A DNA stretch of 64,000 bases from Actinomycetota bacterium (lineage in GTDB: Bacteria > Actinomycetota > Thermoleophilia > RBG-16-64-13), in NCBI GenBank assembly GCA_018830645.1, contig JAHJSA010000067.1, positions 10,919-74,918 of the forward strand, in the 5' to 3' direction. The notes under the pieces are model-generated. The model searched no databases. It saw only the letters and a list, made by a program, of their open reading frames with translations, and was not told where the DNA came from. The position numbers and the translations under genes are program-made. Below, piece after piece: positions 48,455 to 56,319 of the stretch (the stretch's first letter is position 1; every line of letters starts with the position of its first letter).

Positions 48455-50751
48455 AGGTGCTGAACGTGGTGGGGCAGCGGGTGCCCATGCACGACGCCGC
48501 CGCCAAGATCACGGGCCAGGCTCAGTACACCGACGACCTGGTGCTCCCCGGCATGCTCTTTGGCAAGCTGGTGCGGTCCACCGTCGCCCACGGAAGAATC
48601 AAGAGCATTGACGTATCCAAGGCGAAGGCGCTGCCCGGCGTGAAGGGCGTGATCACGGGCATGGACATCCCCGACCGCGTCTACGGCATCGTGCCGAAGG
48701 CCAAGGACGAGCACGCCTTGGCCCGCGAGAAGGTGCGCTACATCGGCGATGAGGTCGCCGCGGTGGTGGCCATCGACCAGGAGACCGCCGAAGAGGCGGC
48801 GCGCCTGATCACCGTGGAGTACGAGGAGCTGCCGGCGGTGTTCGACCCGCTCGACGCCATCAAGGAAGGCGCACCCCTGGTGCACGAGAACACCCCGGGG
48901 AACGTGAGCGCCCAGATCCACAAGGAGTTCGGCGACCTGGAGGCGGGCTTCGCCGCCTCGGACTACGTCTTCGAGGACAGCTACTACACCCACGCCCAGA
49001 ACCACGCTCCCATGGAGCCGCACGCGGCCCTGGCCAGCTACGATGCCCTGAACGGCGATCTCACGCTGTGGTCGGGCACGCAGATCCCGTACTTCCTCAA
49101 GCGGAATCTTTCGACCACCCTCGTTATCCCCGAGCAGAACATCCGGGTGATCAAGCCCAAGGTGGGCGGCGGATTTGGTCAGAAGATCGACATGTTCGCC
49201 AAGGACTTCTGCGCCTGCTGGTTCGCGAAGGAGCTGGGACGGCCGGTGAAGTTCCTCTACGACCGCGAGGAGGTGTTCCAGAGCACCCGGCAGCGTCACC
49301 CGATGTACCTCACGTTGAAGACCGGCGTGAGCAAGGAAGGCAAGATAATCGCCCAGAAGATCACCGCTCACGCCGACGGCGGTGCCTACAACTCCACCGC
49401 GCCGTTAATGATCACCCTCTCCTGCTTCTTCGTGATGATCCCTTACAAGATCGAGAACCTCGTGTACGAGGGGTATCACGTTTACACGAACAAGCCGGTG
49501 GGCGGGGCCATGCGCGGTCACGGCATCCCCCAGCCGCGCTTCGCCATCGAGCGCCAGATCGACCAGATCGCCAAGCGCATCGGGGTGGACGCTTCGGAGA
49601 TGCGACTGCTGAACGCGATCGAGGCGGGCGAGCCGCACCCGGCGGGCTTCATCATCAACACCTGCGGCTTCGCCGACAGCGTGCGGGAGGCGTCGAAGGC
49701 CATCGGTTGGGCGGAGAAGCGGGGCAAGCTCCCCTTTGGGCGTGGCGTGGGCATCGCCTGCGCCTCCTTCCCGAGTGGGGTGGCGAACATGTCGCACCTG
49801 GCTTCCGGATGCGTGGTGCAGCTCTCCAGCGAAGGCCGCGTGAGCGTGCTCTCCGGCGCCGCCGACATCGGTCAGGGGGCGGAGACGGTCATCGCCCAGA
49901 TCGTGGCCGAACGCGTGGGCGTGCCTATGGAAGACGTGCACATCACCGCGGCCGACACCGGCCTCTGTCCGTTGGACGCGGGCACCTTCGGCTCGGGTGT
50001 GACGGTGAGGGCCGGCAACGCCGCTCTCAACGCCGCCAACGACATCCGCGCGCAGCTCTTCCCCGTCGTGGCTGAGGCGCTGGGGTGCGAGGTCGACGAG
50101 ATCGAGGCTGCCAACCGCCTCTTCTGGGTGCGCGACGACCCCGACCGCAGCGTTGGCATGCGCGACATCCTGCGCCAGTACCAGTACATCGACCGCTCGC
50201 TGCCCATCGTGGGGCGGGGCGCCTGGGTGCCGCCGGCGGATTCGGCCACGACCCTGCTCACCAACAACGGCAACCTGAGTCCGAACTACTCGTTCATGAC
50301 GCAGGCCGCCGAGGTCGAGGTGGACCTGGAGACCGGCCGTGTCAACGTGATCAAGGTGCTCACCGCCCACGACTGCGGACAGCCGATCAACCCCATGTTG
50401 GTGGAGGGGCAACTCGAGGGCAGCATCCTCGGCGGCATCGGCTACGCGCTCTACGAGGACTCCACCTGCATCGACGGCCAGCAGCACAATCCGTCATTCC
50501 TGGACTACGGCTTCCCGACGATGATGGAGCTCCCTGAGATGGAGGGCATCCACATCGACACCGACGACCCCATCGGCCCCTTCGGCGCCAAGGAAGCAGG
50601 AGAGGGCACGCAGCTCGCTCCCGCGCCGGCCATCGTGAACGCCATCGCCGACGCCATCGGAGTGGACTTCGACCGTCTGCCGGTGACGCCCGACATGATC
50701 CTCGCGGCGCTCAAGAAGCAGCGCGAAGAGGCTGCGGGAGAGGCGCGGTAG
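48451..50751 (+). CDS. Molybdopterin-binding large subunit (aldehyde oxidase/xanthine dehydrogenase family)
   Basis: 766 aa. The ATG overlaps the upstream TGA. GGGFGQK, GAMRGHG, AKEAGEG. Confidence 0.9.
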   Translation: MKVLNVVGQRVPMHDAAAKITGQAQYTDDLVLPGMLFGKLVRSTVAHGRIKSIDVSKAKALPGVKGVITGMDIPDRVYGIVPKAKDEHALAREKVRYIGDEVAAVVAIDQETAEEAARLITVEYEELPAVFDPLDAIKEGAPLVHENTPGNVSAQIHKEFGDLEAGFAASDYVFEDSYYTHAQNHAPMEPHAALASYDALNGDLTLWSGTQIPYFLKRNLSTTLVIPEQNIRVIKPKVGGGFGQKIDMFAKDFCACWFAKELGRPVKFLYDREEVFQSTRQRHPMYLTLKTGVSKEGKIIAQKITAHADGGAYNSTAPLMITLSCFFVMIPYKIENLVYEGYHVYTNKPVGGAMRGHGIPQPRFAIERQIDQIAKRIGVDASEMRLLNAIEAGEPHPAGFIINTCGFADSVREASKAIGWAEKRGKLPFGRGVGIACASFPSGVANMSHLASGCVVQLSSEGRVSVLSGAADIGQGAETVIAQIVAERVGVPMEDVHITAADTGLCPLDAGTFGSGVTVRAGNAALNAANDIRAQLFPVVAEALGCEVDEIEAANRLFWVRDDPDRSVGMRDILRQYQYIDRSLPIVGRGAWVPPADSATTLLTNNGNLSPNYSFMTQAAEVEVDLETGRVNVIKVLTAHDCGQPINPMLVEGQLEGSILGGIGYALYEDSTCIDGQQHNPSFLDYGFPTMMELPEMEGIHIDTDDPIGPFGAKEAGEGTQLAPAPAIVNAIADAIGVDFDRLPVTPDMILAALKKQREEAAGEAR

Positions 50752-50756
50752 GCGCG

Positions 50757-51956
50757 GTGGCTCCACGTACGGATCGCACGGCGGCCGCCGCTTCGGCGGC
50801 CGCGCAGACACATGTGCCGGCGGCATCAGCCGCCGGCACGACTCCGCCGCTCCCGGGGCCGACCCCCGAGACCGGCGGTGAGACGTCAGGCGGTCCCCGA
50901 CCTCCGGATCCTTCCGCCCCCTTGGGATCTCGTGATGGTCGGGGCGCCGACGTCTCTCGAGGCGACGCGTCGCTGGGTGTAAGCGGCCCCCGGGCCGGCA
51001 GCGCAGCTCCTGCGGCGGAGCCGGCCGGCGCGGCCGGCGATGACCCCGGGCCCGGCGAGGACCATGCCCCCGACTCCGCCGCCCCGCCGCGCTCCGCCAC
51101 CGCCCCGCCGCCCGCCGCCAACGGGTCGGCTGCCGGGCCCGCAGGCGGGGGCTCTCCGCCCGAAGCGGCCCCCGACTACGGTCAGAAGGTGCCCGCGGTC
51201 GATCAGGCGATCAAGGTGCTGCACTTTCTGGCTGGGGACCCGCGCGGGCAGTCGACGCTCACCGAGATCTGCTCCGGTGTAGGTATCTACAAGAGCAAGG
51301 GCAAGGCCATCCTGAACACCCTGCGCTCCGCGAACCTGGTGACCAAGAACGACCACGACAAGACCTACGCCTTGGGATCCGGCCTTCTGCTCCTATCGCG
51401 CGCCCTACTCGACCAGAGCGACCTCACCCGCGCCGCCGCTCCCTTCCTCGAGGAGTTGGCAGTGGTGCCGGGTACGCTCGCCTTCATGACGCTCATCCGT
51501 GACTCCCAGCAGTACGTGGTGGCCAGAAGTGGATCACCGGGCGGCATCAGCGTCTCGATCAGGGTGGGCTATCACTACCCCCTCACCTGGGGGTCGATGG
51601 GCAAGGCCATAGTGGCCTTCTTGCCTGAGGCGGAACGGGAAGAGCTGCTGGCTGCCCCGCCCCTCTTCTTCCACGGCGATCCGCGGAGCGACCCCGAAGA
51701 CCTCGATGCTGTGCGGGCCGAACTCGAACTATGCCGTCGCTCGGGGTTCGGTGCCGACCTGGGTGCCATCACACCGGGCCTCATGGCGGTGAGTGCCCCG
51801 CTGGTGGGCGGGCGGGGCGCGGTGCGGCCGGTGGGCACGGTCTCGGTGGCCGGCACCTTCCCCCGGGCGGACGCCGAAGAGCACGGCCGCAGGGTAGCGG
51901 CGAAGGCTAGGGAGATGCGCGTGCGCCTGGGGCCGTTGCTGGACGACGTCGGGTAG
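50757..51956 (+). CDS. IclR-family transcriptional regulator (conserved part begins near 51180; N-terminal ~140 codons are Pro/Ala/Gly-rich and may not be translated)
   Basis: VPAVDQAIKVLHFLAGDPRGQSTLTEICSGVGIYKSKGKAILNTLRSANLV, plus an IclR effector domain. Confidence 0.7.
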   Translation: MAPRTDRTAAAASAAAQTHVPAASAAGTTPPLPGPTPETGGETSGGPRPPDPSAPLGSRDGRGADVSRGDASLGVSGPRAGSAAPAAEPAGAAGDDPGPGEDHAPDSAAPPRSATAPPPAANGSAAGPAGGGSPPEAAPDYGQKVPAVDQAIKVLHFLAGDPRGQSTLTEICSGVGIYKSKGKAILNTLRSANLVTKNDHDKTYALGSGLLLLSRALLDQSDLTRAAAPFLEELAVVPGTLAFMTLIRDSQQYVVARSGSPGGISVSIRVGYHYPLTWGSMGKAIVAFLPEAEREELLAAPPLFFHGDPRSDPEDLDAVRAELELCRRSGFGADLGAITPGLMAVSAPLVGGRGAVRPVGTVSVAGTFPRADAEEHGRRVAAKAREMRVRLGPLLDDVG

Positions 51957-52015
51957 GGGCCTGCGCGGAAGAAATCGGCTTCGTCGCGCCTCTTGCAGGG
52001 CCCCATGAGAGTAGG

Positions 52016-52190
52016 ATGGCCGCGCGCCGGTTTGACTACGTCTCGCTTGGAGACTGGTGCCGGTCTCGGCCTGGTCAGGTCATTGTCTGCGAAAACGCCG
52101 GCGCTGATTGGCTGCCCTTCCGACCGGTAGCTGACGCGAGGACAACGCGCGCCGGACGCAGGTCTCAAGAGGTGTCTTGGCTGAGTGACC
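52016..52190 (+). pseudogene. C-terminal remnant of a D12-class (Dam-like, phage-type) DNA adenine methyltransferase
   Basis: RFDYVSLGDWCRSRPGQVIVCENAGADWLPF...QEVSWL resembles the last ~55 aa of Dam-like enzymes. No upstream catalytic part is present. Confidence 0.4.
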
Positions 52191-52203
52191 GGCCCCAAGG
52201 GCC

Positions 52204-52285
52204 AACTATCAGTAACTATCAATCAGAATCAGATTGATAGTTACATCGTGGACGGTGTACTATCGATCAAGAGGACGATTGATAG
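52204..52285. promoter_or_regulatory. Operator-like array of CTATCAATC half-sites upstream of fic
   Basis: 33-bp palindrome gtaactatcaatcagaatcagattgatagttac (52212-52244, 15 of 16 pairs). A second inverted repeat, ctatcgatc-n8-gattgatag, lies at 52260-52285. An extra aactatca lies at 52204. Confidence 0.55.
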
Positions 52286-52303
52286 CCAGCAGGGGAGACG
52301 CAC

Positions 52304-53647
52304 GTGGTCCGGAAACCTGAGCCGGCTCCAAAGGGGAAGCTGGGCGCGGATGCCCTCGAGGGGCTCAACAAGGTGACGGAGCTTGGCGCGACCATGGAGG
52401 TTCTCCAGCGGGCGAACCGCGACTACCTCTACTGGGATCGCTTCAAGCACCTACCGATGCCCGAGGGCTTCACGGCTGAAGTCGTCTGGTTCCTCTTGAA
52501 GTTCATGCGGCGTCTCAGCAGCAAGCCAACGCCAATTGCCGACGTTCACGGCCAGTCATTCTGGTATTCGCTCACGGACGAACTGCAACGGTGCCTGATG
52601 GTCGTCGATCAGCAAGCGGGCGGTGCGGTAGGTGCTTCAGCTTCGAGCATTCCCCCGAACACGCGGGAGCGCTACCTGCTCAGCAACCTGATGGAGGAGG
52701 CTATTGCCTCGAGCCAACTCGAGGGAGCCGCCACGACGCGACAGGTGGCCAAGGACATGCTCCGCAGTGGGCGCCGGCCCCAAAGTCGCGGGGAACGAAT
52801 GGTCTTCAACAACTACCGTACGATCTCATGGATCCGTGAGCTTCTGGATAGACCTGTGACGCCGGAGCTGCTCCTTCGAATACAGGAATCGATGACTGAG
52901 GGCACCTTGCGTGACGAGTCCGAGTCCGGGCGATACAGAACGTCGGACGACGAGATCATAATCGGGGACGACCGGGGGCAGGTTGTCCACGTGCCTCCGC
53001 GGGCGAGGGATCTCCCGACCGAACTCGAGCGATTCTGTGCATACGCTAACGAGGACGGAGACCCGTTCGTTCACCCGGTCATCAAGGCGGTCCTGCTCCA
53101 TTTCTGGTTGGCCTACATCCACCCATTCTGCGATGGGAATGGAAGAACCGCGCGGGCTCTGTTCTACCTGTACATGATCAAGCATGGCTATTGGTTGTTC
53201 GAATACGTCTCCATCTCGAGCGTGATTCTCCACAAACGGAGTCAGTACGAGCGCGCCTTTCTCTACTCGGAGACGGACGATGCAGACGTCACATACTTCC
53301 TGACGTTTCACCTGCGAGCCATCGAAACGGCGCTCGGCCAGCTTTGGGAATACATCGACGAGAAGAACAGGGAGGACGCCGGGCTCCGCGCGCGGCTAAC
53401 CCGGGATCAGGGCTTGAACCACAGACAACGCGCCTTGCTGGGGAGGGCCTCGGAAGACGCGAACGCGACCTTCACCATCGAATCCCACCGGGCATCTCAC
53501 AACGTCGCCTACGCGACTGCGAGAAGCGACCTCATGGAGCTGGCCGGAAAGGGCTACTTGGATTCGCGACGTGACGGTCGGGCCTATGTCTTTTCCCCAG
53601 CTTCAGACATCCGGACCAAGCTTGTGCCACCAACAACCAGAGAATGA
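52304..53647 (+). CDS. fic: Fic/DOC-family protein (class II, with N-terminal inhibitory helix and C-terminal wHTH-like region)
   Basis: HPFCDGNGRTARAL active-site motif. SSQLEG matches the (S/T)xxxE(G/N) inhibitory motif. Confidence 0.9.
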   Translation: MVRKPEPAPKGKLGADALEGLNKVTELGATMEVLQRANRDYLYWDRFKHLPMPEGFTAEVVWFLLKFMRRLSSKPTPIADVHGQSFWYSLTDELQRCLMVVDQQAGGAVGASASSIPPNTRERYLLSNLMEEAIASSQLEGAATTRQVAKDMLRSGRRPQSRGERMVFNNYRTISWIRELLDRPVTPELLLRIQESMTEGTLRDESESGRYRTSDDEIIIGDDRGQVVHVPPRARDLPTELERFCAYANEDGDPFVHPVIKAVLLHFWLAYIHPFCDGNGRTARALFYLYMIKHGYWLFEYVSISSVILHKRSQYERAFLYSETDDADVTYFLTFHLRAIETALGQLWEYIDEKNREDAGLRARLTRDQGLNHRQRALLGRASEDANATFTIESHRASHNVAYATARSDLMELAGKGYLDSRRDGRAYVFSPASDIRTKLVPPTTRE

Positions 53648-53793
53648 GAACCGGCGCCGCACCACCACTGTCATCAAGCGGGTCACGTCCGAACCTATCG
53701 AAACTCGTAGCGGCATGGGCCGGTTGGCCGACCAGGGCCAGGAGGCCCGATGCCGCCAGCACGACCATAGTGTGCGCTTACCCACGATTGCAG

Positions 53794-54255
53794 CTACTCG
53801 TACGCAGCGCCCGTGTCGCTGATCTCGGAGATCGAGGACGCCTCTATCTCTGGGCCAGCCATGCGCACCGAGGCCCCCGACAATCTATTACCGACTACCC
53901 GGACGGTCCTGCCGGCCAGAGCGACATACGTGGGATCGTCCTTGGCCGCGTTGGCGATCACCGCGACCGTCGTACCGACGTCCCCGGTCGCCTCCGTGCC
54001 GCCGATCACTGCCCAGAAGCCCCCCTCGAGATCCCTCCATTCGAGGGTGCCGTACGCCTCCGACGTTCCATCCGCCAGGTCGTAGAGACCGGGCGCGAGC
54101 CTGGTGCCCATGGACGGGTCGTCGGGAGCCGACTGCAGTGCGGTCGTGGTGGGTTGCGGCGCGGTCGTGGTGCTTTCGGTCGCAGCGCAGCCAGACACGA
54201 CCAACGCTGCGAACAGAACTAGGGCAAAGGCGATGCTCGTGCCCCTGCGGTTCAT
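53794..54255 (-). CDS. Lipoprotein, unknown function
   Basis: MNRRGTSIAFALVLFAALVVSGC signal peptide with lipobox. Confidence 0.55.
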   Translation of the reverse strand: MNRRGTSIAFALVLFAALVVSGCAATESTTTAPQPTTTALQSAPDDPSMGTRLAPGLYDLADGTSEAYGTLEWRDLEGGFWAVIGGTEATGDVGTTVAVIANAAKDDPTYVALAGRTVRVVGNRLSGASVRMAGPEIEASSISEISDTGAAYE

Positions 54256-54375
54256 GTGTGGACCTCCTCCGGAGTTCGGACTTCTTCCTCATCCGTGTGA
54301 CGCACGAATCCTCCGTTCGGTGCCCGCCGGCTAAGATGCCGCATTCAACGGTATACAAAAGGAACCATATCAAGC

Positions 54376-54729
54376 TTGAAGAAGGAGACCATGATGCCCA
54401 AATTCATGTTGCTCTATAGAGGAGGTGCGGCCACGGATCCTGGGGAGATGACGGAGGAGCAGGTCGCAGGAGAGATGGCGAAGTGGATGGCGTGGGGAGA
54501 GAAGGTCGGCCCAGCTCTCACTGATTTCGGCAACCCGTTCGGCGCCGGCGCCTCGGCTGTAGGTGACGGGTCCGCAGGAACACCCACCCCCTTGTCCGGC
54601 TACTCGATCGTCGAAGCGGCAGACCTCAGCGCTGCAGTGGGGCTAGTCGAGGGCCATCCATACCTGGGTGACGGGTCCGGCAACTTCGCCGTCGATGTCT
54701 TCGAGGTGATGCCGGCACCGGGGATGTAG
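54376..54729 (+). CDS. YCII-related small protein (putative)
   Basis: MPKFMLLYRGG...SGYSIVEAADLSAAVGLVEGHPYL. An alternative start lies at 54391. Confidence 0.5.
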   Translation: MKKETMMPKFMLLYRGGAATDPGEMTEEQVAGEMAKWMAWGEKVGPALTDFGNPFGAGASAVGDGSAGTPTPLSGYSIVEAADLSAAVGLVEGHPYLGDGSGNFAVDVFEVMPAPGM

Positions 54730-54793
54730 CGGCTCTCGTCCATAGCCGGCGGCTCAGTTCTCGACGGCTGTCGGCATCGTATGTGTTGAGGAA

Positions 54794-55600
54794 TCAGGGC
54801 TTCAGCAACAGCTCCAGGTTCTCCCGCGACAGCAGTTCTCGGTCCTCGACGCGCTCGAGGAACGGGCTGACGTCGGCGATCACGTCGGCCATATCGGCTT
54901 CCGCGAGCCTCGACTGCACCGCGGCGCGCCAGGTGGCCTCGGCAAGGGGGCCGGCGGGATATCCGAACTGCTCCAGTGCGTTGTTGAGAAGGGTCAGGTT
55001 CGGGCTTGGCCACTCGGGATCGGCCAGATACCAGACGAGGTCGTAGACGTCGCGTCCCTTGATCCAACCGCGGGTGAGGATCGCGTTCACCTTGCCGGCC
55101 AGGAGCGACGCCCGATCGTGATGCTGTAGCCGCAATGTCACGAACCGGCGCACGATGGAAATCTCGGTCGTGGCGCCCACGGGGGGATTCGTGTCGACGT
55201 CGACCTTGATGACGAGCTTCTCCTCGGGGCGGGTGGACAGACCGAGTTCGGCGGGCAGGCCGGGGAAGGCCACCTTCGCCGAATGCACCGGCCCGGCGTC
55301 CCGTACTCCCATCTCAACGGCGTATGCCTCGGCTCGGAGATCGTTCCCCACGCGCGTCATGGTGTCCCGCAGGCCGAAAGCCGTGCTCCCTTCTAGGAGG
55401 GCAAAATCGAGGTCTTCGGAGTAGCGCGGCGTGCGGTAGAGGAACCGCAGGGCAGTGCCGCCGTGGAACGCGAGAGCCGCCAGGGCGCCCAGCCGCTGCA
55501 TCGATTCCAGAACGCGCGCCTGTAGGTATTCGCGTACGATGTTGCGCGGATCGACGCCCGGTGCCGCCTCGGCCAGTAGCTCTCTGAGGATGTCTTTCAC
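54794..55600 (-). CDS. abiEii: AbiEii/DUF1814 nucleotidyltransferase toxin (type IV TA)
   Basis: LAFHGGTALRFLYRTPRYSEDLDFAL. The GTG start overlaps the abiEi TGA. Confidence 0.85.
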   Translation of the reverse strand: MKDILRELLAEAAPGVDPRNIVREYLQARVLESMQRLGALAALAFHGGTALRFLYRTPRYSEDLDFALLEGSTAFGLRDTMTRVGNDLRAEAYAVEMGVRDAGPVHSAKVAFPGLPAELGLSTRPEEKLVIKVDVDTNPPVGATTEISIVRRFVTLRLQHHDRASLLAGKVNAILTRGWIKGRDVYDLVWYLADPEWPSPNLTLLNNALEQFGYPAGPLAEATWRAAVQSRLAEADMADVIADVSPFLERVEDRELLSRENLELLLKP

Positions 55601-56244
55601 AGAGGTTCGAACCTCTCTTCCACTCCCCGATCGCCCGCGATCCCGGCCACCGCTTCGGCGGCCCGCATCAGTTTCGGGCGTGTGGTCCGTTCGGCGAAGC
55701 TCATCAGCCGCTCGAGATCGAGGGTGGTTGTGTCGAGCCGAAGCTCAGCGAGGTAGCGGGGATCGTCGGCGCGCGGAGTGAGATGCACCAGGTCGAGGAG
55801 GGCCTTCTCCGCGGTGGCCACCAGAACCCGAGCGCCCGGGGCCACCTCGAGTAACTCAGCGCCCCACAGTAGGCCCGGGGCGATGTGGCGGAACTGGTAC
55901 ACGCCGAGGGGAGTACGCCGCGTGCGTGGCCGGCCCGTAGACACTGAGGTCACCACCGGCACGTACTCCGGGATCGTCCCCCGGAACGCAAGAGCGGCCT
56001 GGGCGCTCACGTACGAGCCCCGTTGGAGCCGGTTGGCGATCACGAACGGATGGGGATGGGCGTCGGCGTACGGCACTGCAACGACGTACAGCCCGCGGCG
56101 CAGTTGCAGTAGTTTGCCGGCTGCGGTCCAGCGCGACAGCCGGCGGCGCACTTCGGCCGGATGCGGTTCGCCCGCGAGGAGAAGTGCGGAGTCGAACATG
56201 GTCTCCCCCGGAGGGAGGATGTCGAGCAGATCAACGAAGCGCAT
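55597..56244 (-). CDS. abiEi: AbiEi-family antitoxin/transcriptional regulator
   Basis: RRLSRWTAAGKLLQLRRGLYVV wHTH at the N-terminus, located upstream of abiEii. Confidence 0.8.
   Translation of the reverse strand: MRFVDLLDILPPGETMFDSALLLAGEPHPAEVRRRLSRWTAAGKLLQLRRGLYVVAVPYADAHPHPFVIANRLQRGSYVSAQAALAFRGTIPEYVPVVTSVSTGRPRTRRTPLGVYQFRHIAPGLLWGAELLEVAPGARVLVATAEKALLDLVHLTPRADDPRYLAELRLDTTTLDLERLMSFAERTTRPKLMRAAEAVAGIAGDRGVEERFEPL
55601..55616. promoter_or_regulatory. Perfect 16-bp palindrome at the abiEi-abiEii junction
   Basis: AGAGGTTCGAACCTCT ends 1 nt before the abiEii GTG (reading the minus strand) and contains its likely GAGG Shine-Dalgarno. Confidence 0.5.
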
Positions 56245-56319
56245 TGCACTATATTGCCAATTACGGCAAGTAAATGCAACGGAAATACTCCTCTGCTTCC
56301 GAGAGCGTGGGGCGCCTCG

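Noticed and set aside
50757-51180. The Pro/Ala/Gly-rich N-terminal 140 codons of the IclR ORF read as a functional disordered domain.
   Set aside because: This cannot be decided from sequence. Third-position G+C is lower than in neighbouring genes, and a GTG at 51189 would give a normal-length IclR. It is noted in the feature entry rather than claimed.
55598-55620. tRNA T-arm-like GGTTCGAACC.
   Set aside because: It is part of a perfect palindrome inside the abiEi coding sequence, with no acceptor or anticodon arms around it. I found no tRNA-like structure in any intergenic region I inspected.
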